Below are positions 49,952-59,207 of a DNA stretch of 64,000 bases, one piece after another. Below the pieces are notes generated by a model. The model was not told the DNA's origin. It was given only the letters and a program-made list of their open reading frames with translations, and did no database searches. Position numbers and translations under genes: made by a program. This stretch comes from Bdellovibrionales bacterium (lineage in GTDB: Bacteria; Bdellovibrionota; Bdellovibrionia; Bdellovibrionales; UBA1609), in the NCBI GenBank assembly GCA_965199825.1, contig OZ241329.1, positions 2,592,001 through 2,656,000 of the forward strand, in the 5' to 3' direction. Position 1 is the stretch's first letter. Each line of letters starts with the position of its first letter.

Positions 49952-52785
49952 TGGTTTTATTGGTTTTGATATTTCAATTTTGTTTTGCACTTCAGACTTC
50001 AGGACTATTTGAGGGCGATAAGATTGATCTGTCCCATTCAAAAACGGCTGAAGACTTCGATGAGATTATTAGAAAATTAATGCTCACGGGGCATTATCAA
50101 AAAGTCTCTGTGGTCACCGCGGCCGAAGGTTTAAAGATTGAAGCCCAACCGATCCACCGCGTGCGCGCGCTCGTTCTTAAAGGAAATAAAAATTTTAGCA
50201 GCCGAGAACTTGTGGCTGTCACCAAAATTAATGTGGGCGACCGCTTTGACCGTGATAAAATCACCCAACAGATTTCACAACTCAAAGCCTTTTACGGTGA
50301 AAATGGATTTTACAATGCGGTTATCGAACTTGAATTTTTAAAACAAACCAATGGCGATTTTATTATACAAGTTTCGATTGACGAGAAAAACCCATGTCAG
50401 ATTCAAGCGATCTTGATTGAATCGCCAAACATTTATTTACAAAAAAAAATAAAAGAAAATCTTAAGCATTATCTTAAAAAACCGCTTTCTGAAAATGCAC
50501 GGGTCTCAATCCAAAATGAGATCAATGAATACCTCACCGAAGAGCATTTTTTGCGCTCTGAACTCAAAGATTTCGAGGTTCAATACAATCCCGAAAAAAC
50601 CAAGGTCACCCTCGTTTACACCATTTCCGATGGGGTCCAGTACGATGTTGTCCCCATCGGGATCGAAAAAATAAGTGCGATCGAATTTTATCAATCCCTC
50701 AACTTAAGCCATATCGAAAGAACAAGCCTTGATCCTTCGGTCACACTCATAGATCGAGTTAAAACTTATTATCTCAGCCGCGGATACGCCAATGTGATGA
50801 TAAAAACCTTGATCGAGGAGCGCTCAAAATTTATCAAGCGCCTTAAGATGATTGTTCGCGAAGGGGGCCTTGTTCGGCTTCAAGCGATCAATGTGGTTGG
50901 CCGCATCTCGCGCTCGCCGTCTTACTATTCCAATTTTATAATCGACGCGAGCTCGCCTCTTTTGCAGCTGGGTTACTACAATCGACAGGATGTCGAAATT
51001 GGTTCAAAAAATCTGATGACCCAACTCAAAAATGAAGGATTTTTAAAAGCGCGACTTCAATCCACCCGCTCCGAATTTTCAAGTGACAAAAAAAGTGCAT
51101 CCGTTGAGGTCAATCTTGATGAAGGCCCTCTTTGTCAGGTGAGACAAGTGAGCTTTGAGGGAATCAAAGCCTTCTCGAATCTTGAGCTGAGCGAAGTGAT
51201 TCCCACCAAAGCCAATCAACCCCTGATCATGGGCGATGTCGAAAAAAGCTTAGACCTCTTAAAAAAATATTATTTTGCTCGTGGTTATCTCGAGATGAAA
51301 ATCTTAAATTCTGACGACAAGCTGATTGATTATAATGATCAAGGAACTCAAGCTAATTTGCATTTTAGAATTTTTGAAGGCCCGCGAATTCGGGTTTCGC
51401 AAATTGTGGTTGAAGGAAATAATTTTACCGACTCTCGTGTGGTGTTGCGAGAAATTGCGATCCATCCCGGTGACATTTTAAAATATGATGATATCGAACT
51501 CTCAACAGTTCGCCTTAATAAATTTGGGATATTTTCGCGTGTCGAGATTCATACCCTTGAAGACAATACAGATTTATCCGACCGCACCCTGATTGTTTCA
51601 GTCACAGAGCGCGAACCCGGAATTTTTCGTTACGGCGCAGGTGTGAACAGTTCGCGTGGGGTTTCGCTTCGCGGTTTTACCGGGCTCAATTATAATAATT
51701 TATTTGGAACAGGCCGTGCTCTCAGCGCCCGCATCGAGGCAAATTATAATCTGACCAATGTGCAGTTTTTGGAAAATAAAATTGCCGCCGGATATTTTGA
51801 GCCATTTTTATTTGGCACCCGAACTCGGGGCCGTATCAATGTGTCTCGCGGACAATATGTTTTTTATTGGGCGCAACATTATGATTTTTCGGGTCAATCG
51901 CAGGATGTAGGATCTTACACAGTTCTCGATACAAATAACCGCATCGATTTTTTACTTGAGCGCGATATTGGTAAACGCATTCGATTGATCTGGACACTTT
52001 TAGGAATCGATTCGCAATTTACCTACGAAAGAAACAATCATCCCATTGCAATCACTCCACAGGTTGTCCAAAGCAACGAGACACGGGTCAACTCCATTGG
52101 ACCCACCATCGACTTTGATTATCGCGACAATCCTTTTTTACCCACCAAAGGACACTATGCCCGGTTTGATGCGGCTTATGCCGATCCGAGTTTTGGGGGT
52201 TCAAAGGAAGTACAATTTATAAAAACCGAAGCCACCTACAGCTACTATAAAACTCTTGGTGCAACCCGCCTTGTTTGGACCAACTCGGTGCGCGGAGGCT
52301 ACGAGACAAGTCTGTTGCGGCAAACCGATAGCAGTGGAAATATTGTGAGTGGGATCCCTGCGTCCTACGCCTTTTTTCTTGGCGGCTTTAACACAATTCG
52401 AGGATTTGATCCGACCAATCCGAATGAAAGAATTCCGGCAAATTATGATGTGCCATTTACTTATCCAAATGAATTGATCATTCATAAAGACAGTTCGTTT
52501 TATCTTTTAAAAACCGAATTGCGGTTTCCAATTGTGGGCGATTTTGGTGGGGTGGTTTTTTACGATGGAGGAAGTGTTCAAGTGACCGGGCACCGTTTTC
52601 GTCATCCCTACCGTCACAGTGTGGGCTTCGGAGTTCGTATCAACACCCCTGTTGGGCCTGCAAGTCTCGATATTGGCTTTAAAATTAATCCGTTAAATGA
52701 GTATATGTATGACAATGCCCAACAGGCTAATTTCTTGTTGAATGAGCCGCCTGTGCGAGTCCATTTTTATATCGGTACATTTTAA
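49951..52785 (+). CDS. tamA: Omp85-family (TamA/BamA-like) protein with multiple POTRA domains
   Basis: Repeated POTRA signatures (Y...GY/GF), FFLGGFNTIRGF, GVRINTPVGP and a C-terminal F. Confidence 0.85.
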   Translation: MVLLVLIFQFCFALQTSGLFEGDKIDLSHSKTAEDFDEIIRKLMLTGHYQKVSVVTAAEGLKIEAQPIHRVRALVLKGNKNFSSRELVAVTKINVGDRFDRDKITQQISQLKAFYGENGFYNAVIELEFLKQTNGDFIIQVSIDEKNPCQIQAILIESPNIYLQKKIKENLKHYLKKPLSENARVSIQNEINEYLTEEHFLRSELKDFEVQYNPEKTKVTLVYTISDGVQYDVVPIGIEKISAIEFYQSLNLSHIERTSLDPSVTLIDRVKTYYLSRGYANVMIKTLIEERSKFIKRLKMIVREGGLVRLQAINVVGRISRSPSYYSNFIIDASSPLLQLGYYNRQDVEIGSKNLMTQLKNEGFLKARLQSTRSEFSSDKKSASVEVNLDEGPLCQVRQVSFEGIKAFSNLELSEVIPTKANQPLIMGDVEKSLDLLKKYYFARGYLEMKILNSDDKLIDYNDQGTQANLHFRIFEGPRIRVSQIVVEGNNFTDSRVVLREIAIHPGDILKYDDIELSTVRLNKFGIFSRVEIHTLEDNTDLSDRTLIVSVTEREPGIFRYGAGVNSSRGVSLRGFTGLNYNNLFGTGRALSARIEANYNLTNVQFLENKIAAGYFEPFLFGTRTRGRINVSRGQYVFYWAQHYDFSGQSQDVGSYTVLDTNNRIDFLLERDIGKRIRLIWTLLGIDSQFTYERNNHPIAITPQVVQSNETRVNSIGPTIDFDYRDNPFLPTKGHYARFDAAYADPSFGGSKEVQFIKTEATYSYYKTLGATRLVWTNSVRGGYETSLLRQTDSSGNIVSGIPASYAFFLGGFNTIRGFDPTNPNERIPANYDVPFTYPNELIIHKDSSFYLLKTELRFPIVGDFGGVVFYDGGSVQVTGHRFRHPYRHSVGFGVRINTPVGPASLDIGFKINPLNEYMYDNAQQANFLLNEPPVRVHFYIGTF

Positions 52786-52795
52786 GGGAGGGTTT

Positions 52796-53377
52796 ATGAT
52801 TTTTTTATTTTTATTTCATTTTGCAAGCGCACAAACATCCGATTGGTTTCCCCACTACCTGAAATGTTTTAATCAGTTTCAAAATCAAAATGCGATTGCC
52901 GCCAAAAATGGAGCATTTGTCTTTTTGGAAGACTCACCCATTTTTATTCCTCACACTGGCGAAAAAGTTGGGATTTATCGTATCCGCTCAGGAAAACAAA
53001 ATTTTTATGTTTCGATTGCTAAAGATCTTTCGACGGTGATTTCGAAAAAACCGATTCCACATGCACAGGACGTTCGATCTCGTCCCACTTTTACTCCTGT
53101 TCTCCAAAATGCAATGATCGAGTTTTTTGAAAAAAACTTAAACAGTTTACAAATAAAATATATTGACCGCACCGGATATGAATTGGATGACGAAAAAAAA
53201 CAAGCTCTTAAACATAACAGCGACATTAAGACTCAGCTTGAAATTTGTGATAAAGAAATTCGACAAACCCCAAAGCCGCCGCCAGCGCTGCTTGACCATC
53301 TCAAAAGTAAAATTGCAGAGTGCAATGTGCCGATTCCAGGTGGACTTCCGGGCTATGGCAGAAGTCGCCCGCACTAA
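52796..53377 (+). CDS. Hypothetical exported protein
   Basis: GGGAGGG RBS and a short signal MIFLFLFHFASA. Confidence 0.6.
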   Translation: MIFLFLFHFASAQTSDWFPHYLKCFNQFQNQNAIAAKNGAFVFLEDSPIFIPHTGEKVGIYRIRSGKQNFYVSIAKDLSTVISKKPIPHAQDVRSRPTFTPVLQNAMIEFFEKNLNSLQIKYIDRTGYELDDEKKQALKHNSDIKTQLEICDKEIRQTPKPPPALLDHLKSKIAECNVPIPGGLPGYGRSRPH

Positions 53378-54078
53378 TCTTTAATAAATTTGGCCCAAAA
53401 TATAGGACCCTGATTATCTGAATCATCGGGCAAGATGGTTTGATGGGCCAAAAGTTTAACTTTGCCTTTTTTTAAAAAACGTTCGACCACTTGCTCATTT
53501 TCCACAGGCGAAATCGAGCACGTACTATAAACCAACTGTCCCTCGCTCTTTAAAGCTTCGCGAGCCGAACACAAAAGCGCCATTTGTCGATGCGATAAAT
53601 TTTTTGACCGCTTTAGCGTCCAAGTCTTGAGCTGTTGAGGTTTTTGCATCTGATGCCTTTCGCCTGAGCACGGCGCATCGACCAGGACGGCATCAAAGTC
53701 CTTTGTGATTCGCCGATAAAACAAACTGCCATCTCCTTGAGTGAAAGTCAGGCGAGAATACTCCTCCGACAAAAGATGCGACTTCATCACATTTTTGAGC
53801 CGAATCAGTCGATCAAGTGAGTATTCATTGAGATGAAGCTCGATTGCTGTTTTGGTGAAGAGGGCCAAAGCCTTGCCACCAGGTGCGGCACACAGATCCA
53901 AAACTTTATCATTTTGCTTAAGATCGAAAGCTTCCACAGGTCGGAGTGACGCTTGATCAAGGAGGTAGGGTTGCTGCGAGGTTTGAAGTTCAATCTTTAT
54001 TCGTGGCTTGAGCATCGCCGCTTTAAGAGTGGGCCAGCGCTGTTGATAAATTGAGGTGAAATACTCATCAAAGGTCAT
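53374..54078 (-). CDS. RsmB/RsmF (NOL1/NOP2/Sun) RNA m5C methyltransferase
   Basis: DQAS, VLDLCAAPGGK, VDAPCSG and VYSTCS..ENEQVV. Confidence 0.92.
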   Translation of the reverse strand: MTFDEYFTSIYQQRWPTLKAAMLKPRIKIELQTSQQPYLLDQASLRPVEAFDLKQNDKVLDLCAAPGGKALALFTKTAIELHLNEYSLDRLIRLKNVMKSHLLSEEYSRLTFTQGDGSLFYRRITKDFDAVLVDAPCSGERHQMQKPQQLKTWTLKRSKNLSHRQMALLCSAREALKSEGQLVYSTCSISPVENEQVVERFLKKGKVKLLAHQTILPDDSDNQGPIFWAKFIKD

Positions 54079-54118
54079 TGGATTTTTTAAGATACATAGA
54101 TGAGTTTGCAAAGGGAAA

Positions 54119-54131
54119 TTGTCGTGCCCGC
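54119..54131 (-). repeat. 13-bp element (GCGGGCACGACAA), inverted copy of 55047-55059
   Basis: The + strand TTGTCGTGCCCGC is the exact reverse complement of 55047-55059. A 10-bp copy lies at 54836-54845. Confidence 0.7.
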
Positions 54132-54443
54132 GGTTTGTTTTTGCTGAGGCTCTGAAAATGATTTTCTTAAAACGAACCGTTCGAGAATTCTTCCAATCGC
54201 ATAAAAATATTTTGAAATTTAATTCGATTTATTTATGAAATTAATTGACACGTTTTTTTTCTGGTTCTTTTAGATAGCGTGACGTATCAGACGCGCAAGT
54301 TATGTTTTTAATTGCGATTGACCCCTTGATGATAATTATGGCCAAAAATCTCATCACCATTTAACTCTCAGCAACCAATCCTACCAAAGTCAAAAATGTG
54401 ATTTTGAAAACCCATGATACATTCCTATAAATAGGAGATATTT

Positions 54444-55301
54444 ATGGATCATCACAAAATTCATTCTCACGCCGTCATAGCGGCGAATGCCCACAGAAAA
54501 TCTGAAATAGAATTGCTCAACGCTTTAGGAGTGGTTTGGACTAATAAAACTTATTATGAATTTGGCTGCCGCTCTTTGTTTGAATATCCCACCAAACAAC
54601 TCAAACTCTCTGAAGAGATGGCAAGCATCGTAAATAAAATTGCAAAAAAATTTACTGAACTCCCTGAGCTCAAATTAGGAATGGAGACAGGAGAGCTTTC
54701 GCTTTCAAAGGTAAATCGCATTACCGCGGTCGTTAACAAAGACAACGTTCATCATTGGATGGATCTTGCCAAAGGCAGTAAACGCAATCTTGAAAAAGAA
54801 ATTGCAAAAGTCCAACCCGAGAAAGCAATTCCTGAGCGGGCACGATACCAAAAAGCTGGAGATACACTGAGAGTTTCGATTTCTTTTTCGGTGACTCAAG
54901 AAGAGTATGCGGTGTTTGAACGGACTCGGGATTTATTAAGTCAAAAACTAAAACGTTCTGTCACAATGGGCGAGGTTCAGACAATAGCAGTTCAGGAACT
55001 CAACCAAAAATTAGATCCTCTTAAAAAACCTATCTCTAAAAACACAGCGGGCACGACAAAACTTACTGGCATTTTGAGACGAAAAGTTCATCACAATTTT
55101 GAGAGCCAATGCACTCATGTCGACTCGACAGGAGCGCGCTGCACCCAGCGCCGTCATTTGGATGTTCATCATATTATACCTAAATCAATGGGGGGTGCTG
55201 ACACCGAAGAGAATCTGACACTACTGTGTTCAGGGCATCATCGTGCCCATCATCACTTTAATTTACGTTTTGGCAAAGAGTCGACTGACACCACAATTTG
55301 A
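54444..55301 (+). CDS. HNH endonuclease with DUF222-like N-terminal region
   Basis: AGGAG RBS; N-terminal YYEFGCRSLFEY..LKLSE..LPEL..GELSLSK; C-terminal C-x9-C..LDVHHIIPKSMGG..ENLTLLCSGHH. Confidence 0.88.
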   Translation: MDHHKIHSHAVIAANAHRKSEIELLNALGVVWTNKTYYEFGCRSLFEYPTKQLKLSEEMASIVNKIAKKFTELPELKLGMETGELSLSKVNRITAVVNKDNVHHWMDLAKGSKRNLEKEIAKVQPEKAIPERARYQKAGDTLRVSISFSVTQEEYAVFERTRDLLSQKLKRSVTMGEVQTIAVQELNQKLDPLKKPISKNTAGTTKLTGILRRKVHHNFESQCTHVDSTGARCTQRRHLDVHHIIPKSMGGADTEENLTLLCSGHHRAHHHFNLRFGKESTDTTI

Positions 55302-56724
55302 TCGCAGCCGAAGATTTGGTAAACAAAGATTTGCCAATTCCTGCGGTCACTTCGCTTTGGGCGCCTTCGTAAGTAGGCAGACGACCCGAAACGATTTGCA
55401 TCCCTGGAGTGCTTGCTTGTTGAGACGCCAAATCTCTTGAAGCGGTTAAACTTCCATCAAGTGCCGATGCGGTTGAAAAACTAGAGGATGCGGTTTGCAC
55501 ATTGACCGCTGTGGTCGAAGTGGTAGGTGCAGTTGCGTAGGTCGTAAAATAAGGATCGGCGGGGCAGCTGGTCTGCATCACACTCAATTGGTTTTGTGAG
55601 TATTGACCCACACATAAACTAGGATTGTTTGTACATATAGGACTTGTCATTGTGGTTTGCTGCACACAACTTGGACAGCTGCTGCGTCCTGCAGTTTGGC
55701 AATAACGCCAGCCGACTGTTGCTCGGCAGTAGGCTGTTGAAGTTCCTGCCCCAGAACCATTGGGCACAACTCCTCCACCCGCATCTGTTCCATCACCAAG
55801 ACCGCAATAAGAGTTTGCAAAAAGCTGGCACTGACTTCCGGTTGGCGCTGTTAAACATCGACTGACGTAGGCCGACGCACACGCCGAATTGGTATAGGTG
55901 CCGGCCGATGTGCAATCGGAACTGGCTGTCGAAAATCCAGCCGTAATCGATGTCGCAGCCGAACTTGATGCCGCAGCTGCTGCAGACGCAGAGGCCGACG
56001 CATCAATCTGTTTTTGTTTATCTTCGCCCGCAGATTTTCCAAGCATGTATCCCGCACCCGCTCCGACCACCGCAGTTCCGGCTGGGATGAGCCAGTTGGC
56101 GTTTTTGGAGAGGAAGCCGCTACTGTCTTCCTTCGTTGTACTCGCATTTTTAATTTGATCAGAAATTCCCGCAGTTTTTGATAGCGCCGCTGCATAGCTA
56201 CCAGCTCCAGCAGTTGCAGTAGCTCCAACTTTCAACATCAATGCATCACAAGCTTTTGATAACGTGCCCAGATCAATAACGGACTGGAGTAATTTTTGTC
56301 TCTGTGGGCCTGGTGGTGCAGATTGCGCGGCTGTACTCTCACTTTTGATGGCCGCATCACAAGTCGTTTTGCAAGTGGTACCTTGTTCAGTACACGCAGC
56401 ACCAACAAGATTAAGTGCGTCCCGGCCAGACATAAAAACATCACCCATTTTGGCTGCCTGTGAGACTGCATCTGCTGACCCTGTTGTATCGACACTGGTG
56501 GGTGCATTGGCTTTTGTTGTCGCTGCAGCGTCGATAGCTGGTTTAGCGGACGCACAAACCGCGGCACATTTATTCTCACCCGTAAAAAAAGCTAAACAAC
56601 TCTTTGAGTTTGGATCAGCCACCGCAGATTTCGGTACTACCGCCTGAAGGACTTCAGCCGTTGGGCAGTCTTGCGCAAATACCGGAGACGCCGCCATAGC
56701 TAACAATAATATCAATAACTGCAT
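55258..56724 (-). CDS. Cys-rich, Ala/Ser/Thr-rich secreted protein
   Basis: GAGGAGGGGG RBS, signal peptide, 22 Cys and a central Gly-rich hydrophobic segment. Confidence 0.8.
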   Translation of the reverse strand: MQLLILLLAMAASPVFAQDCPTAEVLQAVVPKSAVADPNSKSCLAFFTGENKCAAVCASAKPAIDAAATTKANAPTSVDTTGSADAVSQAAKMGDVFMSGRDALNLVGAACTEQGTTCKTTCDAAIKSESTAAQSAPPGPQRQKLLQSVIDLGTLSKACDALMLKVGATATAGAGSYAAALSKTAGISDQIKNASTTKEDSSGFLSKNANWLIPAGTAVVGAGAGYMLGKSAGEDKQKQIDASASASAAAAASSSAATSITAGFSTASSDCTSAGTYTNSACASAYVSRCLTAPTGSQCQLFANSYCGLGDGTDAGGGVVPNGSGAGTSTAYCRATVGWRYCQTAGRSSCPSCVQQTTMTSPICTNNPSLCVGQYSQNQLSVMQTSCPADPYFTTYATAPTTSTTAVNVQTASSSFSTASALDGSLTASRDLASQQASTPGMQIVSGRLPTYEGAQSEVTAGIGKSLFTKSSAAIKLWCQSTLCQNVN

Positions 56725-56993
56725 TCAAATCCCCCTCCTCATATTATGCCCCAAACCTATACAGTTGAGCGCAATTTTTGGCATCGTGACAGTCGATTGC
56801 CAAAAATAAGTGTGAGTTTCACGACTTGGGTCCGGCTCAGTCTGAGACAGGTGTCACCGACTGACACACTTGTCGCTCCTGTAACCGATTCTAAATATTT
56901 TTTATTTTGTTAAAAGAAGAGCCCTATCAAAAATAAATCAAAGCTAAATCCCCTTGATTTTGATAAAGAGAGCTGCGAGGTCTTTTGTAAACA

Positions 56994-57617
56994 ATGTTTA
57001 AAAAATCAATTCTCATAATCCTTTGCTTCTGTGCAGCTCAGGCTTTGGCAAATTCTAAATATCTCATCAATCTCGATCGCGACAAGCGCCCCTGGTCGGT
57101 GGATGTGGTGAGCGATGCAGGCTTTTCGCGCAAAAACGGTCGCATCGCAGATGCCACTCCTGAGATGAGGGAGCCGGGCCAGATTTTGGAAAGGATGTTT
57201 GAGAATCTTAAGTTTATCGAGAAGATTGCATCACAGTATCCAATTCCATCTTCACATTATCCAGATCGAAATTTAGTGAGTTTGGGTGAATTTTTAAATG
57301 AGTTGCTCAACGCTCCCGAAATCCCGGTTAAAAATATCCAAGTGGGTTTGGAACGGCGAAGTGTTTCGGAATACTTTTTAAGCGAAATCAAATCGAATCT
57401 TGAGTTTCTCAATCGTCCACTTTTTTCCAGTCAAAATTTGGTAGCAGGCGAAGTTAAAAAAATGGTTCGCCATGATGAGCAATCCAGAAAAGCTTTGTTT
57501 AAAATCTTGAAAGTCAGCTCGCTCCAAGAACTGATTCGAAAAGTCGAATCACGATTTGGACCCTGTCAGTCCGAGCTCTCGGCTAATGCGGAGAGCGCAG
57601 ACCCTGCAGTACGATAG
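56994..57617 (+). CDS. Hypothetical exported protein
   Basis: Signal peptide MFKKSILIILCFCAAQALA; 207-aa ORF. Confidence 0.6.
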   Translation: MFKKSILIILCFCAAQALANSKYLINLDRDKRPWSVDVVSDAGFSRKNGRIADATPEMREPGQILERMFENLKFIEKIASQYPIPSSHYPDRNLVSLGEFLNELLNAPEIPVKNIQVGLERRSVSEYFLSEIKSNLEFLNRPLFSSQNLVAGEVKKMVRHDEQSRKALFKILKVSSLQELIRKVESRFGPCQSELSANAESADPAVR

Positions 57618-58051
57618 ACGGTCCATTCGCTTTGGGGACGAGCACCAAGCGATTCATAAAAATCAATGGCTCGTTGATTCCAATTTAAAACAGACCATTC
57701 GAGTCGTCCACAGCCGCGCTCAACCGCTATTTGCGAAAGCTTGCGCAATAAAGATTCTCCCACCCCTTTGCCCCGCGCTTCGGGCAGCACAAATAAATCC
57801 TCGAGGTAAATTCCGGGCTTGGCCAAAAAAGTCGAATAGCTATGAAAAAAGAGGGCAAAACCTTTTGGCTCATTTTCAAGCTCAGCAATTAAAACTTCGG
57901 CAAAGGGTTTGGCCCCAAATAAGGTTTGGAGCAGTTGATCTTCGGTTGCAACACACTTATCAGCAAGCTTTTCGAACTCAGCAAGCTGACGAATAAAAAA
58001 CAAAATAATAGAAAGGTCGGCCTTGGCCGCAAAGCGAATCTTAGGCTTCAT
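57566..58051 (-). CDS. GNAT acetyltransferase (SSAT/diamine N-acetyltransferase-like)
   Basis: LAEFEK, YSTFLAKPGIYLEDLFV, RLEWSVLNWN..AIDFY. Start taken at ATG 58051. Confidence 0.92.
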   Translation of the reverse strand: MKPKIRFAAKADLSIILFFIRQLAEFEKLADKCVATEDQLLQTLFGAKPFAEVLIAELENEPKGFALFFHSYSTFLAKPGIYLEDLFVLPEARGKGVGESLLRKLSQIAVERGCGRLEWSVLNWNQRAIDFYESLGARPQSEWTVYRTAGSALSALAESSD

Positions 58052-58541
58052 GAAAATTCTTAAGCGGTTTGTAAGCATAAGCCGCCTTGATAAATATAAA
58101 TGAAAATAAAATTGTTCCAATCAAACTGCGCTCAAAAAAGGGCAGAGCGAAAACATAGCTTCCCCAAAGACCCGATGAGGTCAGCGGATAAAGGCGACCA
58201 TCCACCCAAACCGCAAAATTGCTGATAAAGAAAAATAAAATATTCACCACAACGCTTGAGCGCAAGATTGTGACGGTGGATGCGGTGCCAGGACTTAAAA
58301 AAATCATCGCGGCATACAAAGGATATCCAAGAATGCTTGAAGTTGAGAAACCAAAAAAGAAATCGGTAAACAAAACGGCTAGGAGCGTGATCGCCACAGC
58401 CAAAGACTGGGGCTTAACAAGATAACCCGTCAGCAACACCAACCCAAAAGTTGGCGAAATCGCCAGCTGCAAAAATCGACTGACCGCAATGCTCAAAAAT
58501 AAAAAAAGGCACAAACAAAATTTGCTCTGGCTTTCACTCAC
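58041..58541 (-). CDS. Membrane protein, DUF6580 / ECF S-component-like
   Basis: SR..SP.., TDFFFG and FFFISNFAVW..YP....GL...Y..ALPFF pattern. Confidence 0.65.
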   Translation of the reverse strand: MSESQSKFCLCLFLFLSIAVSRFLQLAISPTFGLVLLTGYLVKPQSLAVAITLLAVLFTDFFFGFSTSSILGYPLYAAMIFLSPGTASTVTILRSSVVVNILFFFISNFAVWVDGRLYPLTSSGLWGSYVFALPFFERSLIGTILFSFIFIKAAYAYKPLKNFHEA

Positions 58542-59154
58542 TTTGAACTCCTTTGGTTTTTATAAATCCATAGACTAGAGGCAGTAACGACACCAAAATA
58601 ATGCCAAATATCACATAATGAAATTGGCTTTTTACCACCGGCAATGCACCGAAAAAATGGCCCAGCAGTAAAAATGAAAACGTCCAAAGACCTCCGCCGA
58701 GCATATTGTAGAATGCAAAAGAGGATTTTTCCATTTTGCCCATTCCAGCTGTAAATGGAACAAAGGTTCGCACCACAGGTAAAAATCGGGCGAGCACAAT
58801 TGCTTTACCACCGTGAGTATTAAAAAAACGCGAAGCCTCTTTAAGATGTTTGGGATTTAAAAGTCGCGGTTGTTGAATCAACCATTCACCAAAATAAGAG
58901 CCACAAAGATAATTCACAAAATCTCCAGCCACACTCGCCGCGAACAAAATCACTAACAGCAGCGAGAGCGAGAGAGAATGGGTGGTTGTTAAGGCGCCGA
59001 GTGCGAATAAAAACGAATCTCCTGGCAAAAAAGGCGTAATGACCAATCCGGTTTCACAAAAAATAACCGCAAAGGCGAGAACATAAATCCAAGGACCTAA
59101 CTGATCCATCCACAAAGCAAGATACACATCGAGATGCAAAAAAATATCAACCAT
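58534..59154 (-). CDS. dedA: DedA family membrane protein
   Basis: [21 protein letters not shown] and [15 protein letters not shown]. Confidence 0.95.
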   Translation of the reverse strand: MVDIFLHLDVYLALWMDQLGPWIYVLAFAVIFCETGLVITPFLPGDSFLFALGALTTTHSLSLSLLLVILFAASVAGDFVNYLCGSYFGEWLIQQPRLLNPKHLKEASRFFNTHGGKAIVLARFLPVVRTFVPFTAGMGKMEKSSFAFYNMLGGGLWTFSFLLLGHFFGALPVVKSQFHYVIFGIILVSLLPLVYGFIKTKGVQSE

Positions 59155-59207
59155 CTCATATTCATCTCATTGACCAGCGAAATCACGCAAGGCAAAGTCG
59201 ACAACTT

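Noticed and set aside
54444..55301. IscB/Cas9-like or group II intron-encoded nuclease
   Set aside because: No RuvC, bridge helix or reverse transcriptase motifs are present; there is only a C-terminal HNH.
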